Positions 10,499 to 20,762 of a stretch of DNA of 64,000 nucleotides are shown in pieces (position 1 is the first letter of the stretch; each line of letters begins with the position of its first letter). This DNA comes from an uncultured Chloroflexia bacterium. GTDB taxonomy: Bacteria; Chloroflexota; Dehalococcoidia; UBA2979. Below the pieces are notes generated by a model that saw only the letters and a program-made list of their open reading frames with translations, did not search any database and was not told the DNA's origin. The stretch lies in contig CAVSIV010000001.1 of the NCBI GenBank assembly GCA_963728205.1, positions 928,001 to 992,000 of the forward strand, given 5' to 3'. Both the position numbers and the translations under genes were made by a program.

Positions 10499-10585
10499 CG
10501 TGTTTGAGGCTATGGCCTCGGGGCGAGAGCGGCAACTGGAGCTATCACCGGACACGTGCCGCCGGACGTGACGCGCAAGGCTGTC

Positions 10586-11899
10586 TTACGTCCGGGCCAG
10601 CGCCGCCACGCGCACGCGGAGGTCGCGTTCGAAGTAGAGGCGCATCACGGTGCTCGCGAGTTTGTCGGTGTCGTGCCGCAGTCGCATGTCGCGGTCGACG
10701 AGGTCTGCGAGCACGAGGCGGGCGCCGGCGTAGTCGTCATCGCCCGGGGCGATGACCGGCTGCGAGGCCCAGCGCTCCGGGAACGCCTCCGAGGGGAGGT
10801 TGGTGTTTGCCAGCACCGCGTCGACGAGGTGGTCGATATGCAGGTGTCGCAGGATCGCACGGTAGTGGTCGGAGGCGGAGTACTCGTCGGTCTCGCCCCG
10901 TTGCGTGGCGACGTTGCTGATGTAGATCTTGTACGCCCGGGACTCGGCGAGGGCGCGGCCGATGCCGGGGACCAGCAGGTTCGGCAGGACGGAGGTGTAC
11001 AGGCTGCCGGGGCCGATGATGATGAGGTCCGCGTCCATCAGCGCGCGCACCGCCGTGGGGTGCGCGGCGGCCGTGCGCGGCTCGATGAAGACGTCGACGG
11101 GCGGCTTGCCGCTCTCGGGGATCTGCGACTCGCCGCGGACGACGGTGCCGTCCTGCATGCGGGCCGCGAGGACGATGTCCTCGAGCGTGGACGGCACGAT
11201 GCGCCCGCGCACCGCGAGGACGCGTGCGGTCTCGGCGATCGCGTCCTCCATCGAGCCGGTGACGCCGGCCATCGCCGCGATGAAGAGGTTGCCGAACGAG
11301 TGTCCCGCGATGCCCTCGCCGGACTTCTCGTTGAAGCGGTACTGGAAGAGCTCGGTGACCAGGGGCTCGGCGTCGGCCAGGGCGGCGATGCAGTTGCGGA
11401 TGTCGCCCGGCGGAATCACCTGCATGTCGCGCCGCAGGCGGCCGCTCGAGCCGCCGTCGTCCGCGACCGTCACGATGGCCGTGACGTTGCTCGTGTAGCG
11501 CTTGATGCCGCGCAGCAGGTTCGAGAGGCCGGTGCCGCCGCCGATGGCGACGATGCGCGGCCCGCGCTCCTGCGTCCGGCGCGCGTAGACGAGGTCGACG
11601 ATGTCGGCGCCGCGCACCTGCGGCGCCATCGCCTCCGCCAGCGACCGGTTGAGCCGCCAGCCGGAGAACGCCGCCAGCGACGACGCGGCGCCGATGAACA
11701 GGATGCCGCGCGCCCAGCGGGGGATGAACTGCAGGGTGAGCCAGTACGCCCAGGCGGGGAAGGTGTAGGAGACGTAGGCCTCGCGTAGCAGGTACGCGAG
11801 GCCGAGTCCCATGATCGCGACGCTGACGACCAGCAAGGCCAGCCAGCGCTTGATGTGGAGACCGAAGTACAGCCACTTGGTGAGGTCGGAACGACTCAA
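10586..11899 (-). CDS. yvcK: YvcK/CofD-related UDP-GlcNAc-binding protein with N-terminal membrane anchor
   Basis: IGGGTGLS, DDGGSSGRLR, PPGDIRNC, GHSFGNL, GPGSLYTS. Confidence 0.92.
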   Translation of the reverse strand: MSRSDLTKWLYFGLHIKRWLALLVVSVAIMGLGLAYLLREAYVSYTFPAWAYWLTLQFIPRWARGILFIGAASSLAAFSGWRLNRSLAEAMAPQVRGADIVDLVYARRTQERGPRIVAIGGGTGLSNLLRGIKRYTSNVTAIVTVADDGGSSGRLRRDMQVIPPGDIRNCIAALADAEPLVTELFQYRFNEKSGEGIAGHSFGNLFIAAMAGVTGSMEDAIAETARVLAVRGRIVPSTLEDIVLAARMQDGTVVRGESQIPESGKPPVDVFIEPRTAAAHPTAVRALMDADLIIIGPGSLYTSVLPNLLVPGIGRALAESRAYKIYISNVATQRGETDEYSASDHYRAILRHLHIDHLVDAVLANTNLPSEAFPERWASQPVIAPGDDDYAGARLVLADLVDRDMRLRHDTDKLASTVMRLYFERDLRVRVAALART

Positions 11900-12014
11900 G
11901 AGCAGCCTCGCTCGCTGCCCGCCTCGAATGGGTATATGCCGCGGCGGTGTATAGGGTCAATGCGCGGATTCGCATGAGCCATTGTGGCGACGCGGCGAGG
12001 ACCCGCCAGCGCGG

Positions 12015-12719
12015 TCATCGGGCGACTTCGCCGTATGCCCAGTGGCGGCGATCCCACAGCGTGGCCGGCTCGCGGTCCCACGTCGGCGGCAGCGCCGGCG
12101 TCGTCCACGATGCGTCCGGCGTCCACGCCTCCCAGCCGTCCGAGAACGGCGCGGCGCGGCGCTCGACCGCAGCGATCACGCGCTCCCCCTCGTCGCGCAC
12201 GAACGCCGCGAAGTCGGCGGGGTAGACGCCCTGCCGCACCCGCTCGGCCATCACGTCCTCGTCCTTCCAGGACCAGCGCAGATCGGGAGTGACAACGACG
12301 TCGAGCATGTGGTCGTTCGTGTCGACCCCAATCGGCGTCCGCCGGAACGGCTCCTCCATATTGACGTAATACGACGAGAAGGCGCGTTCGGATGTGGCCT
12401 CGTCGTGCTCCCAGAACAGCCACACCGAGTGGTGGGCGCCCGGGAACATCAGGCGCAACACGTCGCGCCGCCACTCGCCGTCGACGAGCGCTCGCTCGCC
12501 GGTCGTCGTGTCGGCTCCCCATCGCTTGTAGGTGGCGCCGCGCGGAATGAAGAGCGCCAGCAGGTCGTCGCGGTCCTCCACGATGCGCGCCGGCCAACTC
12601 ATGCCGGGCTTGCCGTCGCGCGTGATGTACCGCAGCGCAATAGCGTCGCCGCGCTGCCAGCGAGCGGCCGGCTCGCCGGCGGCGCCGGCGCCCGGGAGGC
12701 GGGTGGAAGCGTCCTGCAT
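12015..12719 (-). CDS. DUF402 (FomD-like) protein
   Basis: YYVNMEEP..R..DTNDHMLDVVV..WKDEDV. Confidence 0.85.
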   Translation of the reverse strand: MQDASTRLPGAGAAGEPAARWQRGDAIALRYITRDGKPGMSWPARIVEDRDDLLALFIPRGATYKRWGADTTTGERALVDGEWRRDVLRLMFPGAHHSVWLFWEHDEATSERAFSSYYVNMEEPFRRTPIGVDTNDHMLDVVVTPDLRWSWKDEDVMAERVRQGVYPADFAAFVRDEGERVIAAVERRAAPFSDGWEAWTPDASWTTPALPPTWDREPATLWDRRHWAYGEVAR

Positions 12720-12723
12720 CGCG

Positions 12724-14199
12724 CTAGCCGCCGAGGTGTCGCCGCAGCGCGTCCGTCGCGCCCTGCGGATTGGCGCGCCCGCGCATCTCGCGCATGACCT
12801 GCCCGACCAGGAACTTGATGGCGGACTCCTTGCCGCCGCGGTAGTCGTCGACCGCCTTGGGATTCGCGTCGATCACGCGGCGCGCGACCTCGTCGATCGC
12901 GCCCTCGTCGCTGACGACGCGGAGGCCGCGCGCGTCGACGATCGCGACCGGCATGTCGCCGCTCTCGAACGCCGCCTCCAGCACGTCCTTCGCCGTGTTC
13001 GCCGTGATCGCGCCCTCGTCGACGAGCCGCGCCAGCTCGCCGATGTGCGCGGGCGTGACCTTCGTGTCGGAGAGCTCCGCGTCGGCATGCCCCAGCGTGT
13101 TCAGGTAGCGCGGCACGTCGCCGATGAACCAGTGCGCCACCGCGCGTGCGCGCTTCGGGTCGCCGGCCGCGCCCACCGCCGCCTCATACGCGTCGGCGCG
13201 CGGTCGTGTCTCGGTCAGCTGCACCGCCTCGTCGTGCGTCAGGCCGTACTCGCGCTCGAAGCGCGCGCGGCGCGCGTCGGGCAGCTCCGGCAGCAGCGCG
13301 CGCGCCGACGCGACCTCGTCGCGCGTGATGCGCAGCGGCGGCAGGTCGGGCTCCGGGAAGTAGCGGTAGTCGTGCGCCTCTTCCTTCGAGCGCTGCGACA
13401 CGGTCTCGCCGGTCGCGTCCACGTAGCCGCGCGTCTCCTGGTGGATCGTGCCGCCCGCCTCGAGGATCGCGGTCTGCCGCTGCACCTCGAACTCGACCGC
13501 CCGCTGCGCGGAGCGGAACGAGTTCATGTTCTTCACCTCGACCTTCGTGCCGAGCTGCGACGCGCCACGCGGACGCAGCGACAGGTTCACGTCGAAGCGC
13601 ATGGAGCCCTTCTCCATGTCGGCGTCGGAGATGCCGAGGTAGCGCATCGTCTGCCGCAGCTTGCGCAGGAACGCCGCGGTCTCGGCACCCGAGTGCATGT
13701 CCGGCGTCGTCACGAGCTCCATCAGCGGCACGCCCGCGCGGTTCACGTCGAGCAGCGAATACGCCTCGGCGCCGTCGTCGCGATGCAGGAGGCGCGCGGT
13801 GTCCTCCTCGAGGTGGATGCGCTCGAGGTGCACCACCCGCGACTGGCCGTCGACCTCGATCTCGAGTTCGCCGCCGACGCACAGCGGCTGGTCGTACTGC
13901 GAGATCTGGTAGCCCTTCATCAGGTCCGGGTAGGGGTAGTTCTTGCGATCGAACTTTGACTCCTCCGGGATCTCGCAGCCCATCGCGAGCCCGGCCAGGA
14001 TGGTGAAGCGCACCGCCTCGCGGTTGATCACCGGCAGCATCCCGGGCATGCCCATGCACACCGGGCACACGTGCGTGTTCGGCTCCGTGTCGAAGTAGTC
14101 GCGCTCGCAGGCGCAGAACATCTTCGAACGGGTCTTGAGCTGGACGTGGACCTCGACGCCGACGACGACCTCGTAGTCCGTGCGCGTCTGCGTGGTCAA
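12724..14199 (-). CDS. gatB: Asp/Glu-tRNA amidotransferase subunit B
   Basis: GVEVHVQLKT.SKMFC, RKNY.YPDL.KGYQISQ, RYFPEPDL; TTG start inferred. Confidence 0.96.
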   Translation of the reverse strand: MTTQTRTDYEVVVGVEVHVQLKTRSKMFCACERDYFDTEPNTHVCPVCMGMPGMLPVINREAVRFTILAGLAMGCEIPEESKFDRKNYPYPDLMKGYQISQYDQPLCVGGELEIEVDGQSRVVHLERIHLEEDTARLLHRDDGAEAYSLLDVNRAGVPLMELVTTPDMHSGAETAAFLRKLRQTMRYLGISDADMEKGSMRFDVNLSLRPRGASQLGTKVEVKNMNSFRSAQRAVEFEVQRQTAILEAGGTIHQETRGYVDATGETVSQRSKEEAHDYRYFPEPDLPPLRITRDEVASARALLPELPDARRARFEREYGLTHDEAVQLTETRPRADAYEAAVGAAGDPKRARAVAHWFIGDVPRYLNTLGHADAELSDTKVTPAHIGELARLVDEGAITANTAKDVLEAAFESGDMPVAIVDARGLRVVSDEGAIDEVARRVIDANPKAVDDYRGGKESAIKFLVGQVMREMRGRANPQGATDALRRHLGG

Positions 14200-14328
14200 G
14201 GTGCGCGTTCCCCCGCTCGGTACGGAAATGGTCTGAAAACATCCTACCGCGCGACCGGCACACGGACGCGTCGGGGGCGCGGCGGGCGTCCGAGCCTGCC
14301 GTGTGCAGTCGCCGCCCCGGCCCAACCC

Positions 14329-14405
14329 AAGCGGCGGCAGACATGCCGCCGACGCCGACGCGGCCGTTCGGCCGCAATCTGTCGGCGGCATGTCTGCCGC
14401 CGCTT
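14329..14405. repeat. Family B REPIN-like element
   Basis: AAGCGGCGGCAGACATGCCGCCGAC...GTCGGCGGCATGTCTGCCGCCGCTT. Confidence 0.9.
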
Positions 14406-14464
14406 TGAGGACGACGTTCGGGGCCTCGGACCTGGCGCGCGCCGGGACGGGTACCATCGCCCGC

Positions 14465-15451
14465 ATGGCCGGCGCGACCGTCCAGGTGATCTCGACGAAG
14501 TACGACGGCTCGCCGCACTACGCGTACGAGGCGCGGCTCGTCGACCGCGACGGCCCGCGCCTGCGGCTCTTCGTTCCGCGCGGCACCGTGATGACCGGCT
14601 ACCGCGGCACGTTCGCGACGCAGGTCTCGTTCACCGCGCTCTTCTACACGGACGAGCGCTGGTACAACTGCTACCTCAACCACTGGACGACGCCGCGCCT
14701 GCGCATCGAGTCGTACGCGAACGTCGCGCTGCCGGCGACGTTCGACGGCGGTGTCGTGCGCTGGGTCGACCTCGACCTCGACGTGCTGATCCGGTCGACG
14801 GGCGCCGTGTCGCTCGTCGACGTCGATGAGTTCCTCGAGCACGGCCGCCGCTTCGCCTACCCGGGCGACCTGGTCTCCCGGGCGTATGCGACGGCGGACG
14901 GGCTGCTCGCGGCGGCGCGCGCGCGGCGCGAGCCGTTCGACCGCGACGCGCATCGCGTGGGGGAGGGGACAGCGATGGAGATCCTGCCGCTCGACGAGCC
15001 GTGGCGCGAAGCGGCGCGCGCGCTGTGGGCGGAGCGATGGGGCGCGACGCGCGTGGCCTCGCACGGCCGCCTCCACGACCTCGACGCGCTGCACGGATAC
15101 GTGGTGGTGGAGGACGGCGCGTTTGCCGGCGTGGCGACGTACGACCTCGCGGGCGACGCGTGCGAGGTGGTATCGCTCGACGCGCAGCGCGAGGGCAGCG
15201 GCGCGGGGACGGCGTTGCTCGACGCGATCGCCCGCGCGGCGCGCGCGGCCGGCTGCCGGCGGCTGTGGCTGATCACGACGAACGACAACACGGCGGCGAT
15301 GCGCTTCTACCAGCGCCGGGGGTGGCGCCTCTTCGCCGTCCACGCCGGCGCGGTCGACCGGGCGCGCGCGGAACTGAAGCCGGAGATCCCGGAGCACGGC
15401 GCGGACGGCATCGCGATCCGCGACGAGGTGGAGTTCGAGTTGGCGCTCTAG
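14465..15451 (+). CDS. DUF402 domain fused to a GNAT acetyltransferase
   Basis: TKYDGSPH, YANVA.P..VDLDLDV..DVDEF; then GAGTALL, LWLITTNDN..AMRFYQRRG. Confidence 0.8.
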   Translation: MAGATVQVISTKYDGSPHYAYEARLVDRDGPRLRLFVPRGTVMTGYRGTFATQVSFTALFYTDERWYNCYLNHWTTPRLRIESYANVALPATFDGGVVRWVDLDLDVLIRSTGAVSLVDVDEFLEHGRRFAYPGDLVSRAYATADGLLAAARARREPFDRDAHRVGEGTAMEILPLDEPWREAARALWAERWGATRVASHGRLHDLDALHGYVVVEDGAFAGVATYDLAGDACEVVSLDAQREGSGAGTALLDAIARAARAAGCRRLWLITTNDNTAAMRFYQRRGWRLFAVHAGAVDRARAELKPEIPEHGADGIAIRDEVEFELAL

Positions 15452-15493
15452 GCGCGGCAGTCTCGGACCCCCATCGGCACGTCGTCGGACGCC

Positions 15494-15569
15494 AGCGGCG
15501 GCAGACACGCCGCCGACAGTTCGTGGCCTGGTCGGCCGCGTTGAGATCGGCGGCGTGTCTGCCGCCGCT
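15494..15569. repeat. Family B REPIN-like element
   Basis: AGCGGCGGCAGACACGCCGCCGA...TCGGCGGCGTGTCTGCCGCCGCT. Confidence 0.9.
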
Positions 15570-15628
15570 TGACTGCGGTCCGCGAGAGTGCGACGCCCCC
15601 CGGCGCCGTTCCGCCTACACTCGCCACG

Positions 15629-16972
15629 ATGTCCCCCAAGCAATCCGACCTCCCGCCGGGCGTGCAGTCCGACCTCTTCGCTCCGGGCGACGGCGGGCCG
15701 CGACGCGCGGCCACCGGGGACGCGGCGACCGCTCCGCTCGCGGCGCGCATGCGACCGGCGGACCTCGACGAGTTCGTCGGCCAGGAGGCGATCGTCGGGC
15801 CGGGCAAGCCGCTGCGGCGGATGATCGAGCGCGACGAGCTCACATCGATCGTGCTGTGGGGGCCGCCGGGGTCGGGCAAGACGACGCTCGCCTCCATCGT
15901 CGCGAAGCACACGCAACGCTACTTCGCCGAGATCTCCGCGGTGAACTCGGGCGTCGCCGACATCCGGAAGGCGATCCAGGAGGCCCAGGACCGGCAGCGG
16001 CTGTCGGGCCGGCGCACGATCCTGTTCGTCGACGAGCTGCATCGCTTCAACCGAGCGCAGCAGGATGCGCTGTTGCCGTACGTGGAGTCGGGGACCGTCG
16101 TCTTCATCGGCGCCACCACCGAGAACCCGTCGTTCTACGTCGTGGCGCCGCTGCTCTCGCGGTCGCGCGTGTTCCGGCTGGAGCTGCTCGCGCCGGAGGA
16201 CGTCGAGGCGATCCTGCGCCGCGCGCTCGCCGACAGCGAGCGCGGCCTCGGGGGGCAGCCCCTCGCGATCGAGGACGACACGCTGCACGCGCTGTCGCTG
16301 CTGGCGGCCGGGGACGCACGCACCGCGCTCAACCTGCTCGAGGTCGCGGTCAACGCCGCCGAGCCGGGGCCGCAGGGCGCGCGCCGGGTCACGCGCGAAC
16401 TGCTCGAGGAAGCCGCGCAGCACCGCACGCTCCTCTACGACCGCGAGGGCGACGCGCACTACGACACGATCTCGGCGTTCATCAAGACGCTGCGCGACTC
16501 GGATCCGGACGGCGCGCTGTACTGGCTCGCGCGCATGCTCGAGGCCGGCGAGGATCCGCTGTTCGTCGCGCGCCGGCTCGTGATCCTCGCGGCCGAGGAC
16601 GTCGGCCTCGCGGATCCGTCGGCGCTGCCGCTCGCCGTCGCGTGCCAGCAGGCGGTGCACTTCCTCGGCATGCCCGAGGGACGGCTTCCGCTCGCCGAGA
16701 CGACGGTCTACCTGGCGCGCGCGCCGAAGTCGAACTCGGCCTACAAGGCGTACGAGCGGGCGGTCGAGGACGCGCGCCGGACGCCGAACGACGCCGTGCC
16801 GCTGCACCTGCGCAACGCGGCCACCGGGCTGATGCGACAGATGGGCTACGGCCGCGGCTACCAGTACGCGCACGACCACCCCGGCCACGTGCCGCCCGCC
16901 GAGCAGACGCACCGCCCGCCATCGGTGGAGGGCAACGTCTACTACGAGCCGGGCGAGCTGGGCGCGGAGTAG
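15629..16972 (+). CDS. rarA: Replication-associated recombination protein A (MgsA) AAA+ ATPase
   Basis: PLAARMRP, GPPGSGKT, FVDELHRFN, GATTENP, HYDTISAFIK. Confidence 0.95.
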   Translation: MSPKQSDLPPGVQSDLFAPGDGGPRRAATGDAATAPLAARMRPADLDEFVGQEAIVGPGKPLRRMIERDELTSIVLWGPPGSGKTTLASIVAKHTQRYFAEISAVNSGVADIRKAIQEAQDRQRLSGRRTILFVDELHRFNRAQQDALLPYVESGTVVFIGATTENPSFYVVAPLLSRSRVFRLELLAPEDVEAILRRALADSERGLGGQPLAIEDDTLHALSLLAAGDARTALNLLEVAVNAAEPGPQGARRVTRELLEEAAQHRTLLYDREGDAHYDTISAFIKTLRDSDPDGALYWLARMLEAGEDPLFVARRLVILAAEDVGLADPSALPLAVACQQAVHFLGMPEGRLPLAETTVYLARAPKSNSAYKAYERAVEDARRTPNDAVPLHLRNAATGLMRQMGYGRGYQYAHDHPGHVPPAEQTHRPPSVEGNVYYEPGELGAE

Positions 16973-16977
16973 GCGGC

Positions 16978-17051
16978 TTCGAGCGGCGCGTGGTCAACGT
17001 GCCGGTCGGTCGCGAGGATCCCACCGGCACCGTCACCCGGAGCCGCTCGAA
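16978..17051. repeat. Family A palindromic element between convergent genes
   Basis: TTCGAGCGGC...GCCGCTCGAA. Confidence 0.85.
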
Positions 17052-17061
17052 GCGGCCCGCG

Positions 17062-17592
17062 CTACTTCACCGTCAGCTCGGTGCGCATGCCCAGCTGGTA
17101 GTGACCCGGCAGGTTGCAGATGAGCACGTAGTGTCCGGGCGCCAGGTCGAGCGACAGATCCTTCGTCCCGCCGGCGTCGAACTGCGCGAGCGTGCCCGCG
17201 ACGTCGAGCTGCGTCGTGTCGACCGCCGAGCCCTTCACCGGCAACTTGTCCGCCGCGAGGTCCGTCTTGATGACGACCAGCTCGTGCGCGACGGTGCCGC
17301 CGTTCTTCACCTTGAAGTCGACCTTGCCCGCCGGCACCGACGACTGGTCGGCCTTCACCGCCCACTCGTTGAGCGTGACGTCGACCGTCGAGGTCGCGCC
17401 GCCGGGCGCCGCCGTCGCGCTGCCGCCGGCCGCGGTGGTTGCCGTGCCGACGCCTGCCGTCGCGGTGGCGGGCGAGCCGCCGCCGGACTGGGCGGGCGTC
17501 GCGGTGGAGCCGCCGCCGGACGAGCACGCCATGAGCAGCGTGCCGACGCCGAGCAGCGCGCCGAGGACGAAAGTGCGCGAGGCGCGGAACAT
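17062..17592 (-). CDS. Blue-copper (cupredoxin; sulfocyanin/auracyanin-like) lipoprotein
   Basis: Lipobox LMAC, Ala/Thr/Gly tether, type 1 Cu ligands HEL...C-NLPG-H-YQLG-M. Confidence 0.88.
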   Translation of the reverse strand: MFRASRTFVLGALLGVGTLLMACSSGGGSTATPAQSGGGSPATATAGVGTATTAAGGSATAAPGGATSTVDVTLNEWAVKADQSSVPAGKVDFKVKNGGTVAHELVVIKTDLAADKLPVKGSAVDTTQLDVAGTLAQFDAGGTKDLSLDLAPGHYVLICNLPGHYQLGMRTELTVK

Positions 17593-17632
17593 GTGAACCT
17601 CCTCCAGGAGCAGGGACGTGGTGGGCCGGAGT

Positions 17633-17650
17633 TTGTGACTGCGGTCACAA
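17633..17650. promoter_or_regulatory. CRP/FNR- or Rex-like operator
   Basis: TTGTGA-CTGCGG-TCACAA, about 40 bp upstream of the cupredoxin start. Confidence 0.7.
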
Positions 17651-17840
17651 GACTAGGCGTGCACGCCGTCATGGTCACGTGCCGGGGCTTCGGGAGCGTG
17701 GTCGAATCGATCCGCCGCGGCGAACTGCGAGGAAGCCGCAAGGGGGTGCCAGGTGCGTCCGCAGCCGGTTGCTATGATGCCGCCCCGCACCCGCGACCGC
17801 CCGCCGCGCTCGCCGCGCCCAGACGAGGGAGGTTCCAGCG

Positions 17841-18770
17841 ATGACGCTCGCGACCCGCACGCCGCCGACCCCGGAGGAGTACCTCGCCTACAAGGAGCGG
17901 TTCAACAACTGGGGCCGCTGGGGCGAGGACGACCAGCTCGGCACGCTCAACCACATCACGCCCGACGGCCGCCGCGCGGCCGCGGCGCTGGTGCGCGAGG
18001 GCCGCTCGGTCTCGTGCGCGAACCCGATCGCGACGCGCGCCGTCGTGCCGGACGAGCGCCGCAACGGCCGCCCCGCCGACCACCAGATGAGCGTGTCGCC
18101 GTGGAGCAGCGGCGACTACATCGGCGTCTCGTACCACGGCTTCGTGAACACGCACATCGACGCGCTCTGCCACATCTTCACCGGCGAGGGCGGCCAGATC
18201 TTCAACGGGCGCCCTGCCTCGCTCGTCACCGACGAGGGCGCGAAGTCGAACTCCGTCGACTTCTGGCGCGACGGCATCGTCACGCGCGGCGTGCTCTACG
18301 ACATCCCGCGCATGCGCGGGATCCCGCACGTCGCGCTCGACGCGCCGGTGCAGGCGTGGGACCTCGAGGACTTCGCGCAGCAGCACGGCATCGAGCCGCG
18401 TGCCGGCGATGCCGTGCTGATCCGCTCGGGGCACGACCCGTTCTGGTTGGCGAACCCGTCGCACCAGTTCGCGTTCCCGCCGAACACGCCCGGCGTCGGC
18501 GCGTCGGTGCTGGAGTTCCTGCACGCGCACGACGCGGCGCTGCTCGGCTGGGACCTGCAGGAGGCTGCCGACCAGGGCCTGCCCGGCCGCATCCCGATCC
18601 ACGAGGTCGCGATCCCGCACATGGGGCTCCCGCTGCTCGACAACGCGAACTTCGAGCGGCTGTCGGAGACCTGTGCGGCGCTGGGGCGGTACGAGTTCCT
18701 GCTGACGGTCGCCCCGCTGATCGTCGTCGGCGGCACCGGCTCGCCGGTGAACCCGATCGCGACGTTCTGA
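17841..18770 (+). CDS. Cyclase family (kynurenine formamidase-like) metal hydrolase
   Basis: NWGRWG.DDQLGTLN, HG..NTHIDALCH, GGTGSPVNPIA. Confidence 0.9.
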   Translation: MTLATRTPPTPEEYLAYKERFNNWGRWGEDDQLGTLNHITPDGRRAAAALVREGRSVSCANPIATRAVVPDERRNGRPADHQMSVSPWSSGDYIGVSYHGFVNTHIDALCHIFTGEGGQIFNGRPASLVTDEGAKSNSVDFWRDGIVTRGVLYDIPRMRGIPHVALDAPVQAWDLEDFAQQHGIEPRAGDAVLIRSGHDPFWLANPSHQFAFPPNTPGVGASVLEFLHAHDAALLGWDLQEAADQGLPGRIPIHEVAIPHMGLPLLDNANFERLSETCAALGRYEFLLTVAPLIVVGGTGSPVNPIATF

Positions 18771-18956
18771 GACGCGCGGCAGGCGCGCCCCGGCGCGCGG
18801 CAGGCGCGTTCCGGTGCGCGGCAGGCTTCGGGCATGCCGTGATCGCGGCAACCTCCGGCCGCCGGAGGCGCCCACCTCTCGCGGCGAGAGGCGCTTTCGG
18901 TGCACGGCAGTCGACATGCGCCGGTGGGGCGCCATGTGCCGATGAACGTCACCCAC

Positions 18957-19042
18957 AGCGGCGGCAGATATGCCGCCGACAGGACGCGGACGCAGTCCGC
19001 GGCTGACGCCGCGCTTCTGTCGGCGGCATATCTGCCGCCGCT
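18957..19042. repeat. Family B REPIN-like element
   Basis: AGCGGCGGCAGATATGCCGCCGACAG...CTGTCGGCGGCATATCTGCCGCCGCT. Confidence 0.9.
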
Positions 19043-19111
19043 TTGACTTTCGACAGGGCCTGAAGCCCTTCGGCGGGCTCAGGACAGGCCCGCCGCGTGC
19101 CGGAGGCGCCG

Positions 19112-20581
19112 ATGACCGAGCCCGTGCTCCTCGCCTACGACCTCGGGACGACGCGACTCAAGGTGGTGGCCTTCGAGACGAACGGGACGCTCGTGGCGCG
19201 CGAGGCGGCACGGCACCGCGAGCATCGCGATGGCGACCGCGCCTGGCAGGACCCCGACACCTGGTGGGCAGACGCGTGCGCGCTCACGCACCGCCTGCTC
19301 GCGCGCCCGGAGCTCGCCGGTCGCGCGGTGGCCGGCGCGTCGCTCTCCGGCCGGGGCGGCGGGTTCGTCGCGGTCGACGCCGCCGGCGCGACCGTCGCGG
19401 GATCGTGGTCCGACCGACGACACGACCCCCAGCTGCAGCGGCTCGTCGCATGGCGTCGCGACGGAGGGCACCTCGCCAACTACGCGGCGGCGCTGCTCGC
19501 GAAGACGCTCTATCTGCGCGAGGCCGAGCCGGCGATCGCCGCGCGCGTCCGCCACGCGATGTACGCGAAGGACTTCCTGCTCTTCCGCATGACCGGCGCG
19601 GTCGTGACCGATCCCACGTCGGGCCCGGACCGCGACGACTTCGACCCGCGCGCGCTCGCGTTCGCCGGCGTCGACCGCCACCTGCTGCCGCGCGTCGCGC
19701 CGCCGTGGGCGATCGCCGGGCGCGTGACCGCGGCGGCCGCGGACGCGCTCGGCCTGCCCGCCGGCACGCCGGTGGCGGTCGGCGGCCACGACGGCATCTG
19801 CGCGAACCTCGGCGCCGGCGCGGGGACGGTCGGCGCCTACGCGATCACGATTGGCACACACGCGGTCGTGCGCGCGGTGACCGCCGAACCGCCGCCCGGC
19901 GCGTATCGCTTCTACGGGATGCCGCCCGGCCGCCACGTGATCGGCGGCAACGCGGTGATGGCCGGCCGCGCGGCCGACTGGTTCCTCGACGCCTGGTACG
20001 ACCACCCCTCCGAGGAGGTCCGCCCTGCCGTGTTCGCGGCGGCCGACGCGGAGGCCGCGGCGATCGCGCCCGGCGCGGAGGGCGCGCGCTTCCTCCCGTT
20101 CCTCGCCGGCCAGGTCGCGCCCGAGGCGCGCCCCGGCGCGGCGGCCGCCTTCGCCGGCCTGCGCGCGACGCACGGCCGCGCCCACCTCTACCGCGCGGTG
20201 CTCGAAGGCGGCGCCTTCGCGGTGCGCGCGATTTTCGAGCAGGTGCGCGGCTGGTGCGGCGAGCCGACCGTCATGCGCTTCACCGGCTCCGGCGCGCAGA
20301 GCGAGACCTGGCGCCGCATCATCGTCGACGCGCTCGGCTACCCCTGCGAGGTGACCGACCACGTCGTGGAGGCGCGCGGCGCCGCCATCTATCTCGCGGT
20401 CGCACTCGGCCACTTCGACGACGTCGACGCCGCGGCGGCCGCGATGGTGCGGCCGTCGGCGCGCGTCGATCCCGATCCCGCCACGCACGCGCGCTACGAC
20501 GACGTCTACGCGCACTGGCGCCGCGTCTCCGACGCGATGCGCCCGCTCGACGCGGACCCCGCCGGCGCCGGTCTGCTGTAG
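19112..20581 (+). CDS. FGGY-family carbohydrate kinase (xylulokinase-like)
   Basis: YDLGTT, WQDP..WW, GGHDG, FLPFLAG, RAVLEG, GSGAQS. Confidence 0.9.
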   Translation: MTEPVLLAYDLGTTRLKVVAFETNGTLVAREAARHREHRDGDRAWQDPDTWWADACALTHRLLARPELAGRAVAGASLSGRGGGFVAVDAAGATVAGSWSDRRHDPQLQRLVAWRRDGGHLANYAAALLAKTLYLREAEPAIAARVRHAMYAKDFLLFRMTGAVVTDPTSGPDRDDFDPRALAFAGVDRHLLPRVAPPWAIAGRVTAAAADALGLPAGTPVAVGGHDGICANLGAGAGTVGAYAITIGTHAVVRAVTAEPPPGAYRFYGMPPGRHVIGGNAVMAGRAADWFLDAWYDHPSEEVRPAVFAAADAEAAAIAPGAEGARFLPFLAGQVAPEARPGAAAAFAGLRATHGRAHLYRAVLEGGAFAVRAIFEQVRGWCGEPTVMRFTGSGAQSETWRRIIVDALGYPCEVTDHVVEARGAAIYLAVALGHFDDVDAAAAAMVRPSARVDPDPATHARYDDVYAHWRRVSDAMRPLDADPAGAGLL

Positions 20582-20599
20582 CGAGTCGATGCGGGTTGC

Positions 20600-20676
20600 T
20601 TCGAGCCACGCCCGGTGAAGGCGCGGGCCGCGGCGTGAGGTGGCGAGCGGCACCTTCTCTCCAGGTGCCGCTCGAA
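20600..20676. repeat. Family A palindromic element
   Basis: TTCGAGCCACGC...GTGCCGCTCGAA. Confidence 0.75.
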
Positions 20677-20762
20677 GCACGCTCCGGCTGCACGGCTCGC
20701 GCGAACCACCGTGCGGTCGCTACCATGTCGCGCGGCGGGGGCCGGGCGACCGAGAGGTCCCG

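Noticed and set aside
13184-16912. Very long Arg/Ala/Gly-rich ORFs (here and at 3012-5933, 29455-32823, and the 34647-37330 part of another)
   Set aside because: Shadow or antisense frames of real genes in high-GC DNA; no recognisable motifs
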